A stretch of DNA of 64,000 bases from contig CADALZ010000006.1 of the NCBI GenBank assembly GCA_902788865.1, positions 6,376 through 70,375 of the forward strand, read 5' to 3'. The stretch is from an uncultured Bacteroidales bacterium. Its GTDB lineage: Bacteria > Bacteroidota > Bacteroidia > Bacteroidales > Bacteroidaceae. Under the pieces are notes generated by a model, which made no database searches, was not told where the DNA came from, and saw only the letters and a list, made by a program, of their open reading frames with translations. Positions 57,154 through 64,000 of the stretch are shown here, piece after piece. A program made the translations under genes and the position numbers. How positions within the stretch are numbered: position 1 is the stretch's first letter; every line of letters starts with the position of its first letter.

Positions 57154-58352
57154 GGGATGACGAATTGCAGGTGCTTGGACAGGGTGGCCAACGAAAGGAT
57201 AATAGGGGCTGGTTTTTTGCTGCCGTGTGTGTGGCTATGGCTTGCCTTTTGGGCCTGATAGGATACTTGCTCATGCCTAGGGGGGAGAAGGTGGTGAGTC
57301 CTGAAGGTCTGGGAGAAACGATAGATACTGACTTGCAGCAGGTGGCTGATTCTCTGCTGTCAGAGGAACTGACAACACTGAATGGCCTGCAGGGACAGGT
57401 GATAGTGATGGAGGTACAGACAGGGGCCATCAAGGCTCTGGTGGGGCTGGAACGTGGTTTCGACGGGAGATATCAGCCTTGTAGGAACTTTGGATATCAG
57501 CAGGAACCTGGCTCTACCGTAGAGACTGCCGTCTTGATGGCTTTGCTTGAAACAGGTGAAGTGAAGATGACGGATGAGGTGGATGTGGACAATGGCATCT
57601 GGGCACTGGATGAGCTTAATATTATCAAGGATCACAACTGGCACAGAGGGGGCTATGGAGTGATAAACATGGAACAGGCTTTGGAGGTGAGTTCGAATAT
57701 TGCCTTCAGCAAGATGGTGAATGAGGTGTTTAGGGGTAAGGAGCTGGAGTTTTTTGACTCACTGGACCGAATGAACTTCGGTGATCCTAACAACGTTGAA
57801 GGTATTGAGGAACTAAGACCAATGAGGTATAGCTCGCCCAAAGACAGCACGTGGGCAAGGAAGCAGTTGCTCTGGAGCTCTATCGGGTATGACAGATTCA
57901 TGGCACCTATCCAGACGCTCACATATTATAATGCCATAGCCAATGATGGCAAGATGGTGAAGCCTACACTAAGGGTAGGTGAGCCAGAGGTAATCAATGT
58001 GCAGATTGCCAGCAAGGAGAATATAGCTGCCATGCAGGGGGCGCTGTATCATGTGGTGTCTGAGGGGCTGGCCAAACCAGCTGGTACGCCGTTGGTAGAG
58101 GTGGCTGGTAAGACTGGTACGGCTCAGGTAAGGAGTATCTATGGCGAAGGTGATAGTGAGGTGAGTGAGTATCACATCTCTTTCTGTGGCTACTTCCCAG
58201 CCTTCTCACCAAAGTATAGCATCATAGTAAGTCTGAATAAGCAGGGACTGCCTGCCAGTGGTGGCACTATGGCTGGATCTGTTTTCAGTCAGATAACTGA
58301 ATGGATGGTGAAGCATGGAATGGGATCATCGGATGAAGAGAATCCATTCTAG
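57150..58352 (+). CDS. Membrane-anchored PBP transpeptidase-domain protein, SxxK Lys replaced
   Basis: TM, EPGSTVE, SSN, KTGT; no class B dimerisation domain. Confidence 0.85.
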   Translation: MRDDELQVLGQGGQRKDNRGWFFAAVCVAMACLLGLIGYLLMPRGEKVVSPEGLGETIDTDLQQVADSLLSEELTTLNGLQGQVIVMEVQTGAIKALVGLERGFDGRYQPCRNFGYQQEPGSTVETAVLMALLETGEVKMTDEVDVDNGIWALDELNIIKDHNWHRGGYGVINMEQALEVSSNIAFSKMVNEVFRGKELEFFDSLDRMNFGDPNNVEGIEELRPMRYSSPKDSTWARKQLLWSSIGYDRFMAPIQTLTYYNAIANDGKMVKPTLRVGEPEVINVQIASKENIAAMQGALYHVVSEGLAKPAGTPLVEVAGKTGTAQVRSIYGEGDSEVSEYHISFCGYFPAFSPKYSIIVSLNKQGLPASGGTMAGSVFSQITEWMVKHGMGSSDEENPF

Positions 58353-58403
58353 GATAAATAGGTTGGGTTCAGCTGGAAGATGCCAAGAGGAAGAATGTTA
58401 GTG

Positions 58404-58814
58404 TTACTGGTGTTTCAACTGCTCCAAAAACTCTTTCAGGGAGATAACGTCGATAATAGGGAACTTTATCTGACGTAGTACGTCGAAATGTCTGTCGTTG
58501 GTGACTACATATCGGGCATTGGCAGCTATAGCACAATCAACAAACTTGTTGTCGTCAGGGTCGGTAGTAATCAGATTAAAGTTGTAGTAAGGGGTAATCA
58601 ATTCTACATGCTCACTTTCGAGAATGGCATCAATTACATATCGAGCTGTGTCTTTTCCTGCAAGCTTTTGCAGAACTTCTTCGTATTCCTCCAAGATCTC
58701 GTTTGAGACGCACAAAGTATTCTCTCCAGAAAGAATAGACTGCCATACTAAAAAGAATGGACTTCTTTCTGGAATACTTTGAATAAGGCTATTCGTGTCA
58801 AGTACTATACGCAT
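58404..58814 (-). CDS. PIN-domain toxin
   Basis: IVLDTN, ILEEYEEV, DPDDNKFVDCA, VTNDRHF. Confidence 0.9.
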   Translation of the reverse strand: MRIVLDTNSLIQSIPERSPFFLVWQSILSGENTLCVSNEILEEYEEVLQKLAGKDTARYVIDAILESEHVELITPYYNFNLITTDPDDNKFVDCAIAANARYVVTNDRHFDVLRQIKFPIIDVISLKEFLEQLKHQ

Positions 58815-58818
58815 CAGA

Positions 58819-59046
58819 TTACTTATTCTTCCTCAAAAATTCATGAAGATCCATCTCGTTGATTTCATCAAGTCGTTTCTGGTCAAGAATGCCTTCATCC
58901 CAGAGTTTGTTAAGATGGTCATTCAGTTTCTTTGCATAATAGTCACTAAGGACCTTCTTGACTTCCAAAAGGTCTGCCTCGCTTTTTTTGCGTTGGAACA
59001 TCTTAAGGAGATGTATCTGAACAGGATTAAAAACAGTTGGTTCCAT
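58819..59046 (-). CDS. Probable antitoxin
   Basis: 75-aa ORF 4 nt upstream of the PIN gene. Confidence 0.7.
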   Translation of the reverse strand: MEPTVFNPVQIHLLKMFQRKKSEADLLEVKKVLSDYYAKKLNDHLNKLWDEGILDQKRLDEINEMDLHEFLRKNK

Positions 59047-59176
59047 ACTTCTTTGTATTTATTTTCGGTGTAAAGTTACTTATTTTTCCTTAATAGACAA
59101 GAAGGAGTACAAAAAGATTAACATAAAAGCTGGAGTTATACGAAATTGCACCCATGGACGGAAGCTCTAAACCCTT

Positions 59177-59902
59177 TTATTTCTTCAAATCAAACAAATA
59201 GGTGATCTTGATGCCGATGCCACCATTGGCTGAGCGGGAGAAGTAGTCGCGCTTGGTGTTGCCGAAGACATCGCCAAGGCCGAGGTAGTAGCGACCTTCT
59301 GCCGTGAAGTTGCCAATGCCTGTGTGGAACTCAAAGCCTGCGCCGGCGATGATGCCGTAGTCGAGCTTATGCTCTACGTCAAGCTCATGCTGCTCCTGGT
59401 GGTAGCGATAGTTCTCCCAGTCGCCATCGATGCTGCTGCTGTCGCTGATGAAGTAGCTGAACTGTGGGCCGGCATGAATGAAGAACTTCATGAATCCGTT
59501 TTCCTTGCCGAAGGCTACGTGGGCCATCAGGGGCACCTCCACGTAGGTGAGCTTGCGAGTGTACTTCAGCTGTGGGTAGTCCTCGTAGAACTCGTCCCAA
59601 CCGCGCTGGGAGAGGTTGATCTCGCCTTGCAGACCGCAGAGCATGCCAAACCATCGCTCTGAGATGTAGCGTGCCGTGAGACCAAACGTGGGGGCCATGA
59701 GGTTCTTCTGCTTGATCTTGGGAGAGAAGGTCACGCTGCTCATGTTGACACCGCCATTCACACCGATGGACAGATTGTGCCGAGGCTCTCCCGTCTGTGC
59801 ATGGAGAGGCAGTGACAGCCAGAGAGCCAACAGGGTGAGGCTCAGCAGGCGCAGGGTGAGGGTGTGTCTATGATCAGTCAAAGTCAAGCTTGATAAGTTC
59901 AT
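59177..59902 (-). CDS. Outer-membrane beta-barrel (PorT/porin-family) protein
   Basis: Signal peptide, GVNGGVN, SQRGW, YVEVPL, EGRYYLGL, near-terminal YLF; start codon uncertain. Confidence 0.85.
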   Translation of the reverse strand: MNLSSLTLTDHRHTLTLRLLSLTLLALWLSLPLHAQTGEPRHNLSIGVNGGVNMSSVTFSPKIKQKNLMAPTFGLTARYISERWFGMLCGLQGEINLSQRGWDEFYEDYPQLKYTRKLTYVEVPLMAHVAFGKENGFMKFFIHAGPQFSYFISDSSSIDGDWENYRYHQEQHELDVEHKLDYGIIAGAGFEFHTGIGNFTAEGRYYLGLGDVFGNTKRDYFSRSANGGIGIKITYLFDLKK

Positions 59903-61661
59903 GGTTGCGATTGAAGTGTACGAAGAATACTTTCTTATTGATGAATCCGCCCCAGTTGTTCACACGCTCGTACTTGAAGCCCGTCTGTATGGGGCGGGTG
60001 AGTAACTGACTCTGGTTCTGATCGAACGCCGTGCCGTAGAGCCACAAGCCCTTGAGGAAGAAGTAGCCTGTGTCGAAGCCCAGCATGCCGTACTTAGGAT
60101 AACGGTCTTCCATCTCTCTGCCGTACCAACGACGGAACTTGGCAATGAATGCCTTAGGCTCGTCCATGAGGTTGTTGGTATAGAAGGAGCTATAGAAATA
60201 GGTGTCGAGCTCGAAGAACGACTCCAAGAAATCATTGGTGTAGGTCTGCCACTCTGGATAGCCGAAGAGGTGGATGTTCTCGGTGCCCTGTGTGACATTG
60301 AGCAGAGAGTCACGTACCACCAGCGTGAGCTGTGGGAGCGACTTGATGAGTGCTGTATTGGAACCACTGGTAGGCACGAAGATGTTCTCCTTGTCGGAAC
60401 GCAAAGCCCCCTTCATGGCCGTGTAGCCTTCAGACTCGTTGAGGGTGGTGATAGGGATGTTCCGGCGTCTCAGATCCTCACGGAAGCCTTTGATAAAGTC
60501 GGCCTTATCGGTCTCTGTGGATTCGATGAAGATGACGTGTGCATTGGGGAACTGACGTCCGAAGTGGTCGTACACCTCAGAATAGAAATAACTCTGTGGG
60601 GTGTTCACCTGATAGACCTGTGGATTGTTGTACACCGTATTGTCACGTGAGGTAAACGGAATCACCAGACGGATGTCATTGCTCTCTGCAAACTTAGCTA
60701 AGGGAGCTATCTGCTCCGTGTGCATAGGGCCGAAGATGATGTTCATGTCCTTCATCTCAGGCTTGGTGAGCAGCTGGTCCATCTCTGCCACCGTGCTGCC
60801 AGAGTTGTAGGTGTAGAGGTCCACATTAGCCCCGCTCGTCTTCAGACTGTCGATGGCCAGCAAGAAGCCCTGGTAATACTCCAGCATACGTCTTGTCTCT
60901 GAAGTGGCGCTGCCATTCTTGAGGAATGGCAGGATAATGGCTGCCTTGATGGAATTCAGTTTTTTGCCAGTCTCTGCATTGGCTTGGAACAGCTCCTTAT
61001 CGGTAGGTTCTTTCTCTTCCTTCACCGCTGGAGTCTCTGTGTGATAAGGGATGGCCAAGAATGAATTCTTCTTCAGCTTACGGGCATCTTTCAGATCGGA
61101 GTTGGCAGAAAGCAACTCTTCCTCCGTGACGCCATATTTCTTAGCGATGCTGTAGATGGTCTCACCGCTCTTCACCTTGTGCATCTCCCTCACTTTAGGC
61201 TTCACAGCCTGTGGGATAGCCTGCTCCTCTGGTTGCTGCTGGGAGGGCTGAAGCGCAGTCTTCTCGTTGGCCTCTGGGATACGAATCACCTGACCAGCCT
61301 TGAAGTTGGTGGCACTCAGTCCGGGGTTGGCATCCATGATGGCACGCACAGACACCTTGTAGTTCTGTGACAGACGATAGAGGGTCTCACCGCTCACGAT
61401 GGTGTGGAACGAACCTCCCTGCTGATTAGAAGGACGACGAGGGATGCGCAGCTGCTTCCCCTCGATGATGGTGGTATCGCTGCCAGGGTTGAGCTTCACG
61501 ATATCGTCTATAGAAACGCCGTACATGCTGGAGATGGAAGTCAAGGTCTGACCCTTCTCGATGGTATGCATGATATACGACTGGTTTTCCTGTGCATAGG
61601 CTCCCATGCTCAAGGCAAAGGTGAGCAGCAAGGTGCCGAGTATGTTTTTTAATGTCTTCAT
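59874..61661 (-). CDS. LysM x3 + periplasmic-binding-protein-like domain protein
   Basis: Signal peptide; HTIEKGQTL, HTIVSGETL, HKVKSGETI; AIILPF, EYYQGFLLA, IFGP. Confidence 0.9.
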   Translation of the reverse strand: MKTLKNILGTLLLTFALSMGAYAQENQSYIMHTIEKGQTLTSISSMYGVSIDDIVKLNPGSDTTIIEGKQLRIPRRPSNQQGGSFHTIVSGETLYRLSQNYKVSVRAIMDANPGLSATNFKAGQVIRIPEANEKTALQPSQQQPEEQAIPQAVKPKVREMHKVKSGETIYSIAKKYGVTEEELLSANSDLKDARKLKKNSFLAIPYHTETPAVKEEKEPTDKELFQANAETGKKLNSIKAAIILPFLKNGSATSETRRMLEYYQGFLLAIDSLKTSGANVDLYTYNSGSTVAEMDQLLTKPEMKDMNIIFGPMHTEQIAPLAKFAESNDIRLVIPFTSRDNTVYNNPQVYQVNTPQSYFYSEVYDHFGRQFPNAHVIFIESTETDKADFIKGFREDLRRRNIPITTLNESEGYTAMKGALRSDKENIFVPTSGSNTALIKSLPQLTLVVRDSLLNVTQGTENIHLFGYPEWQTYTNDFLESFFELDTYFYSSFYTNNLMDEPKAFIAKFRRWYGREMEDRYPKYGMLGFDTGYFFLKGLWLYGTAFDQNQSQLLTRPIQTGFKYERVNNWGGFINKKVFFVHFNRNHELIKLDFD

Positions 61662-61797
61662 CTTCTTTATGTATTATCAAGATGCAAAATTACGTCTTTA
61701 TTTCCAAACTTTCAATTATCAACCTTAGTTTTTTGCTTAAGCATTGTTTACAAAGAAGAAAAACACTAAATTTGCAGTTTCCAAACGATAACTATCT

Positions 61798-64000
61798 ATG
61801 CAAGACGAGGCAGAATATATAAATGTGTATGGTGCACGTGTACACAACCTGAAGAACATAGACGTGCAGATACCCCGTGGAAGTCTGACGGTGATCACTG
61901 GCTTGAGTGGCAGTGGAAAGTCGTCGTTGGCTTTCGACACCATCTTTGCCGAAGGACAGCGAAGGTACATAGAGACATTCTCTGCCTATGCCCGCAACTT
62001 CCTCGGCAATCTGGAACGCCCCGATGTGGATAAGATCACAGGTCTGAGCCCTGTGATATCCATAGACCAGAAGACCACCAATAAGAATCCACGCTCTACC
62101 GTGGGCACCACGACAGAGATAAGCGACTATCTGCGTCTGCTCTTTGCCAGGGCAGGGGAGGCCTATTCCTACCTGTCGGGCCAAAAGATGGTGAAATATA
62201 CCGAGGAGCAGATATTGCAGCTCATCCTGACCGCCTATGCCGATAAGCGCATCTACATCTTGGCTCCACTGGTGCAGCACCGCAAGGGACACTACCGTGA
62301 GCTCTTTGAGAATGTGCGCAAGAAAGGCTATCTGAACGTGCGTGTGGATGGAGAGCTGTGCGAGGCTTTGCCAGGCATGAAGCTGGACCGTTACAAGAAC
62401 CACGACATAGAGTTGGTGATAGACCGATTGGTGGTGAATGCCAAGGATGAAGCCCGACTGAAGAACAGCGTGAGCGTGGCCATGAAGCAGGGTGAGGGAC
62501 TGCTGATGGTGCTCGATGCCGATACGAAGGAGGTGAGACACTACAGCAAGACGTTGATGGATCCTGTGACGGGCCTGTCGTACCGTGATCCTGCTCCGCA
62601 CAACTTCTCCTTCAACTCTCCACAGGGAGCCTGTCCGCATTGCCGTGGTTTGGGCGTGGTGAGTCAGATAGACGAGCATCTGGTGATTCCCGACAAGGAA
62701 CGCTCTATCCGCGAGGGTGCCATCGTGCCACTGGGCAAATATAAGAACAGTCTGATGTTCTGGCAGATAGCTGCCTTATTAGAGAAGCATGATGCCAATC
62801 TGGATATGCCTGTGAAGGATTTGCCCCATGAGGTGATAGAGGAGATTCTCTATGGCACTGAGGAACGTGTGCGTATCAGTAAGGAACTGATAGGAGCTTC
62901 GTCTGACTACTTCGTGCACTACGAAGGACTGGTGAAATATATCCAGACCCTGCAGGACAACGATGACTCTGCCACTGAGCAGAAATGGGCAGAGCAGTTT
63001 GCCACTACCGTGGAGTGTCCTGAGTGTCATGGGGCTAAGCTCAACAAAGAAGCTCTTTCCTACCGCATTTATGAGAAGAACATCCACGAGCTCTCCTGCA
63101 TGGACATCAGTGAGCTCTACGAGTGGATGCAGCAAGTGGAACCTCATCTCAGCCCTAAACAGCAGCAAATCGCCGCTGAGATTCTGAAGGAGATTCGCAC
63201 TCGATTGAAGTTCCTGCTCGATGTGGGCTTGGACTACATCTCCTTGAATCGTGGTTCTGCCACCCTGTCGGGTGGTGAGAGCCAACGCATCCGTCTGGCT
63301 ACACAGATAGGTTCGCAACTGGTGAATGTGCTCTATATCCTCGATGAGCCCAGCATAGGACTTCACCAACGAGACAACCAGCGCCTGATAAACTCACTGA
63401 AGGAACTTCGTGACCTGGGAAATACGGTGATCGTGGTGGAGCATGATAAAGACATGATGCTGGCAGCCGACTATGTGGTAGATATGGGACCGAAAGCCGG
63501 AAGGCTGGGAGGGGAGGTGATGTTTGAGGGCAATCCTAAGCGGATGCTCCACACGCATACGCTCACCTCGCAATACCTCAACGGAGAGAAGAAGATCGAG
63601 ATACCTGCCAAGCGCAGGGAGGGCAATGGGCACTGCCTGAAACTGATAGGTGCCAGAGGGAACAATCTGAAGCAGGTCGATGTGGAGTTTCCACTGGGGA
63701 AACTCATCTGTGTGACAGGTGTTTCGGGCAGTGGAAAGTCCACCTTGGTGAATGATACCCTGCAGCCCATCCTCTCGCAGAAGCTTTATCGTTCGCTGCA
63801 AGACCCGCTGCCCTACGATGCCATCGAAGGACTGGAATATATAGATAAGGTGGTGAATGTGGACCAGTCGCCGCTGGGACGCACGCCACGCTCTAATCCT
63901 GCCACCTATACAGGGGTGTTTTCAGACATCCGCAACCTGTTTGTAGGGCTGCCAGAAGCCAAGATACGAGGCTACAAGCCTGGTCGCTTCTCCTTCAATG
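61798..64000 (+). CDS. uvrA: Excinuclease ABC subunit A (3' partial; absent from the ORF track)
   Basis: [51 protein letters not shown], second Walker [10 protein letters not shown]; runs off the window. Confidence 0.97.
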   Translation, partial: MQDEAEYINVYGARVHNLKNIDVQIPRGSLTVITGLSGSGKSSLAFDTIFAEGQRRYIETFSAYARNFLGNLERPDVDKITGLSPVISIDQKTTNKNPRSTVGTTTEISDYLRLLFARAGEAYSYLSGQKMVKYTEEQILQLILTAYADKRIYILAPLVQHRKGHYRELFENVRKKGYLNVRVDGELCEALPGMKLDRYKNHDIELVIDRLVVNAKDEARLKNSVSVAMKQGEGLLMVLDADTKEVRHYSKTLMDPVTGLSYRDPAPHNFSFNSPQGACPHCRGLGVVSQIDEHLVIPDKERSIREGAIVPLGKYKNSLMFWQIAALLEKHDANLDMPVKDLPHEVIEEILYGTEERVRISKELIGASSDYFVHYEGLVKYIQTLQDNDDSATEQKWAEQFATTVECPECHGAKLNKEALSYRIYEKNIHELSCMDISELYEWMQQVEPHLSPKQQQIAAEILKEIRTRLKFLLDVGLDYISLNRGSATLSGGESQRIRLATQIGSQLVNVLYILDEPSIGLHQRDNQRLINSLKELRDLGNTVIVVEHDKDMMLAADYVVDMGPKAGRLGGEVMFEGNPKRMLHTHTLTSQYLNGEKKIEIPAKRREGNGHCLKLIGARGNNLKQVDVEFPLGKLICVTGVSGSGKSTLVNDTLQPILSQKLYRSLQDPLPYDAIEGLEYIDKVVNVDQSPLGRTPRSNPATYTGVFSDIRNLFVGLPEAKIRGYKPGRFSFN

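Noticed and set aside
59137-59146. Single ATTTCGTATA-like half site on the minus strand
   Set aside because: No partner repeat at 21 bp and no correctly spaced -7 box
1-64000. tRNA, rRNA or IS transposase genes
   Set aside because: None recognised by eye; tRNAscan-SE and ISEScan would be needed to exclude them firmly

Overview
Bacteroidales (Prevotella/Bacteroides-like) chromosomal DNA, judged from TAnnTTTG promoters and gene content. Left part (1-19 kb) is mostly core-type: sensor kinase tail, two PepSY-like proteins, an esterase, two GH2 and one GH92 glycosidase, a Zn peptidase, MalY/PatB, a CDP-alcohol lipid cluster and a two-component system. Right end (59-64 kb) holds an OMP, a LysM protein and partial uvrA. 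Between them (about 19.1-59.1 kb) lies a mosaic, largely AT-rich accessory region with no integrase or tRNA that I could see. It contains: (i) an ADP-ribose/NAD-linked cluster (NrtR with two candidate operators, macro-like protein, DUF6939, two DUF1810); (ii) a VapE/HTH/HU/smalltalk/amidase module with a dyad ori-like site and a gene bracketed by 80-bp direct repeats; (iii) a 16-kb srfB-srfC-srfA::subtilase operon extended by a second GTPase and membrane proteins, preceded by a long structured leader. The strongest new signal is one promoter architecture (ATTTCRTACW-N11-ATTTCRTACA-N39/40-TAnnTTTG) found four times over 36 kb, including upstream of a stand-alone LytTR gene coupled to a Lys-less PBP domain. 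This suggests a single LytTR regulon controlling the Srf/protease/nuclease system. All family assignments come from motif recognition by eye, not database searches.
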